Assembly: GCF_006345805.1 (NCBI RefSeq)
Contig: NC_043016.1
Location: 23,932,001 to 23,996,000 of the forward strand
DNA from: Octopus sinensis
Lineage: Eukaryota
Length of the DNA: 64,000 nucleotides
Direction of reading: 5' to 3'
A program made the translations under genes and the position numbers. Numbering within the stretch: the stretch's first letter is position 1; every line of letters starts with the position of its first letter. The notes under the pieces were generated by a model that was given only the letters and a program-made list of their open reading frames with translations, had not been told where the DNA came from and searched no databases. This document shows positions 26,455-39,316 of the stretch, piece by piece.

Positions 26455-27470
26455 ACCACCATCCTCACAGGCACCCAGCATCAACCCTATCATATCACTG
26501 ACTCCTTCACCTGCACTTCTAGCAACACCATTTTCTGCATCTCCTGCTCTCTCTGTCCTTCTCTACACGTCAGTCAAATGGGATGCCACTTGGCTGACCG
26601 GTTCGCGGAAGACTTCTGAGACATCAGACTTGGCAACGACACTCTGGTGTCACACCATTTCTGCTCTACTGGTCATTCTTTGCAACACATGTCTGTGTTC
26701 GGATTGTCTTTGCACAGGGCGATCGGGACTCCTGTCTTCACCGTGAACAGGAATTAATCTTCTCCTCTGCTCCTTTGCATCACATGGGCCTAACTCCTCT
26801 CCCCTCTTCCTCTAACTCTTCTCCTCTTTCCTCTCACACTACCCCTCTTCACTCCCATCCACCTCTCCTCTCCTCTCTTGCTCTGACACCTACTTCGTCT
26901 CTTCACTCCTACCCACCTTCTCCCTTTGTCACTCCCTCCATCATTACCCCACCCCTACACAATCCAACCCCATCATCCCTATACATCCCATCACACCCCC
27001 CACACACATACTCCACCCCTCTAGCATCCCTCACACCCCACCACCAAGCCACATCTTGCCACACCACACACCACAACACAACATACCACAGATCACCACA
27101 CCACATCACACCACCCACTGACAACTTCCCAGCACCCACACCAACATCCACACACCAGTCAAGGTCACCAGCCCCTATCCACACACACGGACACTCTCAC
27201 ATACACACACGTGCACCTTCGCTTTGGGTCACTACTACTTTATTATCTCCCCTTCTTCCTAGCTCTCCAGTCTAACCACCACTGTTCGGCCATCGACATG
27301 ATTGACCGTTAGTTACTAAAGCTTTTTTATTTATTCTCTCTCTGTTTATTTTCCCATGCTGAAGAGAGTAGGCTTGAAACGTAAAAGACTTTCTCACCTT
27401 CCTGAGCATTAAACCAATACACCTGCTTCTTGTTTACACACCAGTCTCTGTCTTTTGTTTTTTGTAAATT
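26455..27470 (+). mobile_element. 5'-truncated Penelope-like element (GIY-YIG remnant, 3' UTR, terminal repeat)
   Basis: SFTCTSSNTIFCISCSLCPSLHVSQMGCHLADRFAEDF*DIRLGNDTLVSHHFCSTGHSL matches the PLE GIY-YIG pattern. Confidence 0.85.
27353..27387 (+). ncRNA. Hammerhead-like motif in a PLE terminal repeat
   Basis: AUGCUGA-A-GAGAGUAGGCUU-GAAAC-GUA-AAAG; homologous to 45522 and 52766. Confidence 0.5.
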
Positions 27471-27479
27471 CCAAATATA

Positions 27480-27635
27480 TATACATACATATATATATAT
27501 ATACATGCATAAAAACATATATACATGTACCTATACATATATACATATGTATATATACATATATATATATGCATATATATGTACATATGTACACACACAC
27601 ACATATATATATACCTATATATACATATATATACC

Positions 27636-27666
<31 letters not shown>

Positions 27667-27891
27667 ATATACATATAAATATATATATATGCATTTATAT
27701 ATTCATATTTATACATCAATAATATATATATATATATATATATACACCCATTAATATATATATATTACACATATATACATATATTTATATATGTATACAT
27801 ATATATTTATATACATATATATATGCATATATAATACACACACATATAAACATATATATACACACATATATAAACAAAGATATATATATGC

Positions 27892-27925
<34 letters not shown>

Positions 27926-28230
27926 CATTCACATATATATACATATTTATATACATTCACATATTATATATATACACACACACACATATATATATAACTT
28001 ATATAAATATACATAGACATATATATACATATGCATACATATATACACATATGCATATACATATGTATACACATATATATACATATATATACACATATAT
28101 ATACACATATATATACTTATATATACACATATATATACTTAAATATACACATATATATACATATATATATACACATATATATACACATATATATACACAT
28201 ATATATACACATATATATATATACACACAC
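27480..28230. repeat. Degenerate (TA/CA)n microsatellite field
   Basis: Visible low complexity. Confidence 0.95.
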
Positions 28231-28233
28231 AAG

Positions 28234-29800
28234 CTAGCACTATGACCCGGTATTGCCGGGTCTAGCGCTAGTGCTTGTTGTTCGTTGCCGGGTCGCAGTA
28301 AAAATTTCTCACTAAATCAAGAGCTAAGTTTCTTATCACATTTCAGCCTGGGCCAGTTTTGTTTATGAGAGTAATTAATATTCATTGGACTTCGGTTTTC
28401 ACACCTGGAACGGCATAATCATGGAAAATTAGCACGCATGTGCACATGCCATTAGTTGGACAAAAAGGAGGCAGAAGAAAGCGTAAAACTTGAATTTGGC
28501 CGCAAAATAGCATGATTTTGAAAATACACATAAATCTCGTTTGAGTTTTGGTTTCACACCCAACCCAGTTCTGCGCAATCAGTGTCACGACGGGAAGACA
28601 TGGGTTGGGAATTTTACTGGCAGAGGTGATCAAGTTGCACATGCCAACCCTTTTGACACCTCGTCCTATGAGCGAATAGCAATGGTGGGAAGAAAAAATG
28701 CTGATTCTGGCAAGAGCAATTAGAGCACAAAAAAACAGCATTCAAAAAAGTGTGATTTTATGAGTATGACACATTGAAGCAAGTAACGCAGTAAGGTCAA
28801 TAGTTATAAGTCCATGACGCATAGAAGCACGTAAGACATCAAGGTTAACTAAGGTATAAATGATAGGTATGCCTTTTTGTCAGATAGCTAATTGGGCTCC
28901 CGATCCACTGAAATGGAGGAGGTTAGGTTCGGAACACAACTAAGCCTTCAACCAAAACCTAGACTAACCTTACGGAAGGGGGCTCGGGAGCTTCTAATCC
29001 TGATCTATCACTAACCCATCCTAGGGGTTCTAAATGACATGGCTGTGGAGATGTGCATGGTAGGTTTGTTTCAGAGGAGGACAACTGCATTGGATTAAGG
29101 ACCATTGGAGAATGTAGCTTTGGAGACCTGCATTGGCAAAACTTACCAAAACTTACCAACAGCCTTCACAAAAAGGGACCTAGCCCTTTAACCTAACTTA
29201 ATACACATCTGACAAAGTGAGAATTGTTTTCGTTGAGGATAGCATTGGTATACCAATGCATTTATAAATGCTAATACAAAATCTTGTTGTAAACAATATT
29301 GCGTGTTTTACCCTCAGGGGCATACACAAACAGGTCATTCCTACATCCAACGTGGGAGCAGGTAACATAAAGTTGCCCATGCAAAAAGCAGGGCTGGCCC
29401 AGATGTATTCCCATGACTGAGTGTCTGTCCCTGCAATTTGTTAATTGACATCGCAAAGCAAAGCTTCATCGGAAATTGCATAAGGCAGAAAGTGAAGGGA
29501 ATGTCCAATAGCACAGAAAATATGTCCATTCTTGCAATGAAGACGGTTTCCCCTTTTCTTGTCCCATTATAATGGTTGCCTCACTCAAGTCAGCGAACAA
29601 TGACTTGACAACCAATCACGTGCCGTTGCACTGTATGGGCGGGAGCAAATTCCAGATCAGCATGATGGGATAGCCAACTCTTAGCCGCAAGTGGAAGCTG
29701 CGATGGCATCAAAGCGTTCAAAAACTTGACTGGGTATTGGGCAGCATCCTGTGGGTCTGGGATTCTGTCAATCAACTTGTACACACGTTTTTTTATTTTT
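28234..29800 (-). mobile_element. Helitron 3' portion (PIF1-like helicase C-terminus, 3' UTR, hairpin-CTAG end)
   Basis: YPVKFLNAL, QFPMKLCFAMSINKLQGQTL, CFLHGQLYVTCSHVG, GKTRNIVY; end GACCCGG-CAATA-CCGGGTC-ATAGTG-CTAG. Confidence 0.92.
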
Positions 29801-29994
29801 AATCCTACTTGAATAAAACATCCTGGGCTCTTGATGAATGACTTAAAACAACCGAAAGCATAAAAGTAAAGACCTTCCTAAATAGATTCATTGAGTAGGC
29901 TCCAACTCTTTTATGGCATACTTAAGGAATCACAGCATATTAAGCATATTTGGTCTTTCATGAAAATCCCACTTTTTTGTCATTCACTTGGTCT

Positions 29995-30232
29995 AATGCA
30001 GCAAGCTGACAGAAACGTTAGCACGCCAGGCGAAATGCTGAGCGGTATTTCGTCTGCCGCTACGTTCTGAGTTCAAATTCCGCCAGGGTCAACTTTGCCT
30101 TTCATCCCTTCAGGGTCGATTAAATAAGTACCAGTCACGCACTGGGCTCGATATAATTGACTTAATCCATTTGATGTCCTTGTTTGTCTCCTCTGTGTGT
30201 AGCGGTTGTGGGGCAGTAAAGAAATAAGATAA
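29995..30232 (+). mobile_element. SINE family B, near intact
   Basis: GCTGACAGAAACGTTAGCACGCCAGGCGAAATG...GAGTTCAAATTCC...GGGCAGTAAAGAAATAAG; CpGs retained. Confidence 0.88.
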
Positions 30233-30235
30233 ATA

Positions 30236-30290
<55 letters not shown>

Positions 30291-31140
30291 TATATATATA
30301 TGTGTGTGGTACATATACACAGTTTATATATACTATGTATTCCTACATATGTACATATACGATATATATATATATGTATTTATTTATATACGTATATGTA
30401 TATATTTATTCACATATATATGTGTATGGTGTGTGTGTATAATATATATATATATATAGTATATATATATATATAATGTATATATTTATATGTATATATA
30501 TATACATATATATATATATAATATGTATATATTTATATGTATATATATATACATATATACATTGTGTATATATCGTGCATCACTTATACACTCCTTGTTA
30601 TACACCTTGTTATTCTGTAAATTTCAACTATATATATAGACATATAATACATATTTATAATACACAAACATATATAGCCATATATATAACATATTTATTT
30701 ATATACACACACACACATATATACAAATATATATATACATATAAATACAAATATATAAATATATACATACTCCAAGAAAGTTAGACGATATGAATCCAAC
30801 TAAGGGATAATATCTATGCAATATACTGCTAGGAGAATACCCAATTATTAATACACAAGTGTTATATTCCTGTATGTTATATTTTAATAATTACTGGTAT
30901 CTTTATATATAAAGCATATGTTATACATGTATGTATATTCTTGTAATTGTCATTTCAGTAAATAAATAAATAAATTGACAATATAATGTCTAAAAGTTGA
31001 TGAACCACCTATTGATCCTCTCCATTTTCTTATTGCTCTATATATACATATATATATACACATATATATGTGTATACTTATTTATACATATACATATATC
31101 TATACACAAATATACATATATTATATTATACATATACATA

Positions 31141-31505
31141 GGCACAGGAGTGCCATCCAGGTTCAGTCCCACTGCGTAGTACCTTGGGCAAGTGTCTTCT
31201 ACTATAGCCTCGGGCCGACCAAAGCCTTGTGAGTGGATTTGGTAGATGGAAACTGAAAGAAGCCTGTCGTATATATGTATATATATATATGTGTGTGTTT
31301 ATGTGTTTATGTGTTTGTATTTGTACCCCTAACATTGCCTGACATGCGATGCTGGTATGTTTACATTCCCGTAATTTAGCGGTTTGACAAAATACACCGA
31401 TAGAATAAGTACTAGGCTTACAAAGAACAAGTCCTGGAGTCAATTTGCTCGACAAAAGGCAGTGCTCCAGCGTGGCCACAGTCAAATGACTGAAACAAAT
31501 AGAAG
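31141..31505 (+). mobile_element. SINE family A
   Basis: Head with a small deletion, through the tail. Confidence 0.88.
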
Positions 31506-31707
31506 AGTATATGTATATCTATACACATGTCTATACATAAACATATATACATATATATATATATTCACATATATATACATATTTATAAATAAACATATAT
31601 ACATAAATATATATATAAATATATATATACATGTATATACATACATACACATATATATACATATATACACACATATCTATACACATATACATATCTATAT
31701 ATATATA

Positions 31708-32084
31708 TTCTTTTACTTGTTTTCAGTCATTTGACTGCGGCCATGCTGGAGCACCACCTTTAGTCGAGCAATCGACCCTGGTACTTATTCTTTGTAAGCC
31801 CAGTACTTATTCTATCGGTCTCCTTTTGCCGAACCGCTAAGTTACGGGACGTAAACACACCACAGCATCGGTTATCAAGCAATGCTAGGGGGACACACAA
31901 ACACATACATATATATATATATATATACATATATACGACAGGCTTCTTTCAGTTTCCATCTACCAAATCCACTCACAAGGCATTGGTCGGCCCTGGGCTA
32001 TAGAAGAAGACACTTGCCCAAGATGCCACGCAGTGGGACTGAACTCGGAACCATGTGGTTGGTTAGCAAGCTACTTACCACACA
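31708..32084 (-). mobile_element. SINE family A
   Basis: Full copy, inverted relative to 31141. Confidence 0.9.
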
Positions 32085-32136
32085 CAGATATATACATATA
32101 TATATATAGACACATACATGTATATATACACATATA

Positions 32137-32525
32137 CTCTTTTTACTCTTTCGCTTGTTTCAGTCATGTGACTATGGCCATACTGGAGCACCACCTTTAG
32201 TCAGGCAAATCGACCCCAGGACTTATTCTTTGTAAGCCTAGTATTTATTCAATCGGTCTCTTTTATCGAACTGTTAAGTTACAGGGATGTAAACACACCA
32301 GCATCAGTTGTCAAGCAATGTTGAGGGGACAAAGGCAGACACACAAACATATACACACACACATACACATATATATAAATACATATATATGACGGACTTC
32401 TTTCAGCTCTTGTCTACCAAATCCACTCACAAGGCTTTGGTTGGCCCGAGGCTATAGTAGAAGACAGTTACCCGGAACCATGTGGTTGGTAAGCAAGCTA
32501 CGTACCACAACAGCCACTCCTATCC
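32137..32525 (-). mobile_element. SINE family A
   Basis: Full copy. Confidence 0.88.
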
Positions 32526-32580
32526 CTATAAATATAGAGATGTATACATTTATATATACATAGATATATACATAATATAT

Positions 32581-32623
<43 letters not shown>

Positions 32624-34350
32624 CATACATAGATATCGTGCATACATATATACAGATATCTACATATATATACTTATACATATATGGATATATATACATA
32701 TGCATATATATATATACATATGCATATATATACATATATATATATACATATGCATATATATACATATATATGTATACCTATACACACACACACACACATA
32801 TATATATATTTACACACGTGTATATACTTATATATATCTACATATACTTATATATATATATATTTATATATATATATAAATACATATACATACATATATA
32901 TATATATATATACATATATATACACACATACATATATACATATGCATATATACATTATATATTCACACATACATATATATAAATGTATATATACATATAT
33001 TTATATACATTATACATATTTATAAACGCGAAGTACCAGTACATCTGAATTATAACCTAAGAGCGATGTTAATATGTTACGTAACAGCTCAGAAATCTTT
33101 TGATAAATGTCTTGTACATAAAAGTTTTTTAAAAACAAACAAACATAGGAAAATCTATTGTTAGTCTCTTCCATATTATGCAACTGTAGTGATGCCCAGC
33201 GTTTGTTAGAAAGCAGAATTCACCATATGCTGCTATGTTCAAGTCGGGACCTAAACAATTTGAGTTTTTAACAGTCATAAACAAACGTTTAACCTTAGTC
33301 AGCCCTGATCGAGTATGTCTACGATCAAACGCATTCCAGCCATGGCCATCCAGTTTTTTTTTTCCGACACTCTATATCTTAGACTACAACCCGATTTGTC
33401 CTTTCCTTTTTTGGTGGTTTGAAGGAAACCCGGCTACTATTTATAGAAGGTCTAGTGACCACATAGTGGCTCTTAACTGATTATAACTTGCTTTGCAATG
33501 GTAACCACTGTTGGTCTTTTCCCTTCAGCGTAGTATTTCAGCAAAGAACAGGTTCGACCTTCCACCTATAAACTTTCATTTATTATAAACCACACCTATT
33601 CCGAAAATGTCGAAGATCGACACAAACATATACAAGTATTGCTGGAGCGGTTTAGTCTTAATCTCTAATGCACATTGTAATTTTGTTACGTTGGGTGTAC
33701 TAACTACCTCCTGAACTGAAACCGAAATTGCTTTTTCTATATTCTTTTACATAATGTAACTAGAACGTATCATTATTAATATATGTAGATTTCATTTGTG
33801 TTTCAACCAAACAGGTATTGCCAGATGCCGTTATATCATTTAGTGTCTGTAACACCGGTCTAGTCAATGCTCGCCGCCGGACACGTAAAAAAATTTTTTC
33901 TCATTTTAATATATTATTAATTATTACTTATTCCATCGCCCAAAATCGAATAAAAAGCAGGCAATGCCTAAAAAGCTTAACCCATTTAGGGTTTTGAATC
34001 GAAACAATATCGCAAGTCTTTTTAGCAATTAAAAGCAATTCCTACTTTCATCAGATTTTTGGAATTTTTTTCTTTCATCCCAAATTATGGAATTAGAAAA
34101 CTGCATTCATTGATCCGTGACTATATTATCTACTATCCCAGCTCTGTTCTTAAGGGAAATGTGTTATTGGAAATTTTACTGCCATTTCTAGCGATCGATC
34201 GACCACGTAGAAACTGTCAATGCGTCACAGATCCTGATAGTTGTCTTAAGCCGAAAATTCGAAATAGGATAGCTTAATTATTTTTGTTTACAAACGTATA
34301 ACACGCTTCAATATATGCTTCATGCTGTAAAATTCGACGTTGCATGTTAC

Positions 34351-34379
34351 CTAATTCAAATTCCCAGAGTCGACTTGGC
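34351..34379 (-). CDS. Candidate 29-nt exon
   Basis: tttgtctgtgtgatgacag|...TTAG|gtaaca; phase-compatible with 34832-34937, giving KPSRLWEFEL. Confidence 0.2.
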
Positions 34380-34831
34380 CTGTCATCACACAGACAAACA
34401 AAAAACTTACTTTGGAATACACACACACATATATATATAAGAAAGTTAAAATAGTGGAAGACGCATATTGTAACCATTTTTGAACGAAGCCTTTTAGGTA
34501 GCAGTAAACAAATTGATAACATTATTAGTAATTATAATATACAACTCCCACTGCATAAAAAGAAAAAAAGAATGTGTTATTAAAATATTATAGGTAATAT
34601 CAAAATTTGATTTTAAAATATACGATTAGAACACTAATATTACAAAAAGCTTAGTAGTAAATAAATTTGTAAATTCTCAGGAAATAAGAATTATCAGCAA
34701 CAAAATGCAATAATACTTATGTACACAGTATGTCGAATTCGACAATATATTAATTTAAAATATAGTTATAAATAACTGGTTATTAAAGTAGTAATTACGC
34801 CACTGGATAACAGACTGCAAACACTTTTTAC

Positions 34832-34937
34832 TTGCTTGGTCTGTAGAAAGTGGCAGTACTGATGTTCTTTATAGACACTCTGAGACCGGCGAGAGAGATG
34901 CCATTTGTTTCTTTGTAACATTTGTAAGGTTTAGCTC
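34832..34937 (-). CDS. Candidate internal exon of an unidentified host gene
   Basis: Acceptor tatatctttctcgcag, donor AA|gtaaaa; 106 nt, open as AKPYKCYKETNGISLAGLRVSIKNISTATFYRPS. Confidence 0.3.
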
Positions 34938-35170
34938 CTGCGAGAAAGATATATAAGCATACAAGGCATTTCAAAGAGTTAGAGTTCAGGGAAGGAAGAA
35001 CTGGACGCAGAAATAAGCGTAGGACTTAAGGAACTGGGTACAATAAGGACCATGAGAAGGAGAGATGAGCGAGACGAGAATGTCTGAATGGAGGTGACAT
35101 TAGCGTCGTACAAATAAATTGGCTTTAAAATTTTGATATAAAGGAATTATAGGTGTACAGAAAACAACGA

Positions 35171-35293
35171 GGCGAAAGTAAAGAATACACAAACTCCGTG
35201 TTTAGGATATAAGATTAGGATTTAGGGTTGGGGCTGAGGGTTAGGGTTTTTGATACGCCGAAAACGGGTGGTGTACGTATTCTTTACCTCCGC
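35171..35293. mobile_element. MITE with 10-bp target-site duplication (Mutator-like) and TTAGGG-like core
   Basis: AAAACAACGA exact direct repeat at 35161-35170 and 35294-35303; inverted GTAAAGAATAC/GTATTCTTTAC. Confidence 0.75.
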
Positions 35294-36365
35294 AAAACAA
35301 CGAATATACCAACGCAATAAAAAGATGAGTTAAACTTTTTTTATATAAAACGTAAAATATAATTTTTCAACAAGGAAACTAACAACTCAACACAATTGTG
35401 GCATACTGAATGGCTTCCAGACAGAGAAATGAAATTTATTCATTAAGGACATAATTTTTTTAAGAAATAAATGCATTATAATAATGTTGTGTCTGGGGAG
35501 AGTCATTCTCTTTTAGTGCCTTATAATTTAACACACTCACCGGTAAAATTTCCACTTATTTCTTTTTTTATTTTTCTAAAATTTTCGTTGCATCTTGCAA
35601 CCTTCTCAATAGTTTTGGATTATAATTATAATAATAATAATTAATAAAATAAAAATTAGACAAAAAAGGGTATACAGACTCCGTTGACAGAAATTACCGG
35701 CAAATGAACAGCGTATTACAAAAAAAAATTCTGAACTTCTGATATATATATATATATATATTTATTTATGTGGTATGTGTATTCGTGCAAGTAGATCTAA
35801 GTTTAGTAAATCAAGTGGAACTCCTGCAGAACATCACTCGATTGTCAGGTGTCAGTACATCAGGGGAGGTGACTCTAATTCTACATCCGTTATACAAAGG
35901 ATACACGCTTACTTATAAAATTATAAATCTTACATGATGTTATTTCATTTTTCTCCAAGTTTTTGCTATATTTAGGAAGCTAAAAATACGTATTCATATG
36001 TAGGCAAACGTATTTTTTTTTCTCGTTTTCTTTGCTTACATGTGTTGTTTTTTTTTTAAAACTATTAATATATGTGAAGGCTTATAGTACCATATGTAGT
36101 TATTAACAGCGTAGCTAGTTGTAAACAAGTTGTATCGTTATTGCTCTCGTTCAGTTGAATTTACAACAGTTTACATCGTTGAAGTTATAAGAGAATCTAC
36201 AATACGTGTTTCTTTTCATTTTAAATGCAACGTATAGCCAACGGTGTATGACAAGAAGCGCTCAGAGAAAAGAGACTCCATAATTAAGTTTATTTCTTAT
36301 TTTAACTGTTTCATTTCATTTAGTATCGTTAATTCCATATGAAAAAGTCACGAGCATCATATAAT

Positions 36366-36424
<59 letters not shown>

Positions 36425-36989
36425 CTGTGTGTGTGCATATTGATAACTGAAATCGATTTTAAATACTGTATATTAACCGGTTTTCACCTCGTCCTTGAAA
36501 TGTTATAAAATGTCGTTTGAAATGTTCGTAAAATAAGAACTTTGTGTAAATGCTTGTTAAAAAAAAATCTTTGAAATTTATTTTCCCTGAATTATTTTTA
36601 TATTCCTCAAATATTCAGAGATGTCAACAGATAAATTCAGTCGGGCTTTCTTAGAAGTTCATTAATGAAACGGATAACCAGATTCATTAGTGCCAATTGA
36701 TTTAGAAAGAATTCGGTTTAAGATTTGTAATTCAAACAGAACATATGACATGAGATATGTTAGCGTATAACGGTATAAGGAAAACTTTTTTTTTTTATTT
36801 GCTGAAAGCAAGCATTTAAAAATTTATCAGTTACTTGATTTTGTCTTCTCGACAAAAGGATATATTTTTCAGCTGTTTCAAAATGTCAAACAATAATCAA
36901 CAAAGTTTGCAAATATCAGTTTGTATGTCGTGTGGGAGACGTGAATTCTAACATTTCGGTCACAGCCCTTATTTGGCGGAAAAAAAAAA

Positions 36990-37445
36990 GTTTCCACAAT
37001 ACACACCCACGAGCCAACGCCGTCGCTCAACCTGCTAGAAATGGCAGTCAAAATTCCACACATCTTTAAAAATTACGCCCTACTATCTGAAAATCACATT
37101 AAATAACATTGTCCCATTTACCCCTAAAGAAAAAGAAAATGAAATGATCACGGCTGGACAGGTTTTGATCATAGGTCGCTTGACAATTAACCTGTTTCTG
37201 AACAACATACCTCACCCAAGACTATTGAGAGTCTCTATACAGTCGCTCAACTTGCTAAAAATAGCAGTCAAATCAACCTCAAACCACACTGCACATTAGA
37301 TATAAAAAAAAAATTAGGACGATGTAGTCCCTGATATACATGTATACAAACACAAGATGGGACGTTCAACACTGGAACATAGTTGGTCAAAAGACTACTC
37401 TATGAGGGGGCTGACCTAGACCTAATTCCACCAACAACAACGTAC
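36990..37445 (+). repeat. Two old tandem copies of an interspersed repeat
   Basis: CGCTCAAC(C/T)TGCTA(G/A)AA..GCAGTCAAAT occurs twice, each copy ending in AACAAC; related pieces on the minus strand at 33.3 and 34.2 kb. Confidence 0.55.
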
Positions 37446-38315
37446 GCACCAGTGAAGAATGGTTGGGCAAGGCAGGAACGCCATAGATCATATGTCTTCT
37501 CCATTAGGATTGACTTATAGCTAAACAGCTGTAGAAATAAATACCTTTTAGCTCGAACAGGACTAACGTGCAGCTAAATAACAATTTGCACATATTTGCT
37601 GACTTTATTTACCTTTTTTTGTTTTCTTTATACTTATTTATTTATTATTATTTTTTTTTGCCGATGTAGAACCAGCAGTTTGAATTTTATTTATAATATT
37701 ATCAAATAATAATGTCAGTCGGTAAGAAGGAAGACTCGCCTCAACACAAATATTACATTCCTATAGCAATGGGCTGTAACCTTTAAAATGAGTGTCTCAT
37801 TGAAGATTAAAACGTCATATTCATTATACGGCGTATTCATACACTCCGCCGCAACCCACACATAAATATTACAATCAGCAATGTACCTCGTTAAATACAT
37901 CGACATTCATTTGAATAATTCAAGTACGTAAACATTAATAAAAACACAGTACTCTGTGTGTGTGCGTGCGTGTGGTGGTGGTGGTAGTAGCGGTAGTAGT
38001 AGTAGTAACATTATGTACAGAGTGAAAAGAGAATCAAGTATTGAGAATAATGAAAGGAGGAGAGCAATAAATAAATTAGCTAGCTGACTACATTCACAGC
38101 ATAGCCGTATGCGTGTGTGTGTGTGTTTTGTATATGTGTCTTGACTAACCAGCTGAAAAGTTTACCAGCTGTTCTCTGTTTGGTATTAACAACGATAATT
38201 CTTACATCATCTGACGGACGTTTTTAACTTTACACACACACACTATCTTCCGTTGTTTTACCAAAAACATGTACACATGCATCGAATATGTGGTTATATG
38301 GTGTGTGTGTGTCTG

Positions 38316-38368
<53 letters not shown>

Positions 38369-38541
38369 CTTATATTTATTTATATATTATATATATAAAT
38401 ATATATTTATATTAATATATATATTTATTTAATAATTATTTATATATTTAATATATGCATATATATATAATATATGTACATATATTTAATATATATAAAT
38501 ATATATATAGATAGATTAATATATATATATATATATATATA

Positions 38542-38725
38542 GGCGCAGGAGTGGCTGTGTGGTAAGTAGCTTGCTTACAAGCACATGGTTCCTGGTCCAG
38601 TCCCACTGCGTGGCACCATGAACAAGTGTCTTCTAGTATAGCCCCAGGCTGACCAAAACCTTGTGAGTAGATTTGGTAGACAGAAACTGAAAGAACCCTG
38701 TCATATATATATATATATAATATAT

Positions 38726-38757
<32 letters not shown>

Positions 38758-38980
38758 ATGCGAGTGTGTGTGTGTGTACATGTTTGTGCGTCTGTGTTTG
38801 TCCCCCCCAACATCACTTGACAATTGATGGTGGTGTGCTTACATCCCTGTACTTGAAGGTCTGGCAAAAGTGACACACAGAATAAGTACTAGCCTTACAA
38901 AGTCCTGGGGTCGATTTGCTTGAATAAAGGTGGTGCTCCAGCTTGGCTGCAATCAAATGACTGAAACAAAAGAATAAAAG
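38542..38980 (+). mobile_element. SINE family A
   Basis: Full head to tail. Confidence 0.9.
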
Positions 38981-38984
38981 TATA

Positions 38985-39020
<36 letters not shown>

Positions 39021-39144
39021 CCGTGACTGACCAGGCTACATATTGCTGGTCACAATGCGCTTCGCATTGTTTTAGCCTTCAAATGACGCCACCCGCTGGC
39101 TAAGTGAGCAGGCCAATATATATTTATATTTATAGATATATATC

Positions 39145-39183
<39 letters not shown>

Positions 39184-39218
39184 TTATATATATATATTAT
39201 GTGTATATATATATTATA

Positions 39219-39250
<32 letters not shown>

Positions 39251-39262
39251 CTTTATATATAT

Positions 39263-39316
<54 letters not shown>

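Larger units (their letters stand above)
33200..38300. promoter_or_regulatory. CpG-retaining zone, candidate unmethylated promoter region
   Basis: CG is frequent even in AT-rich unique sequence here but scarce in unique DNA on both sides (judged by eye, not counted); few family A SINEs; ETS-like CTTCCG at about 38248. Confidence 0.4.

Noticed and set aside
35205-35250. Interstitial telomere or fusion site
   Set aside because: Only a few degenerate units, lying inside a TSD-flanked MITE.
35780-35940. Two overlapping open frames of about 50 codons on the plus strand
   Set aside because: No convincing splice pair or recognisable motif; could occur by chance.
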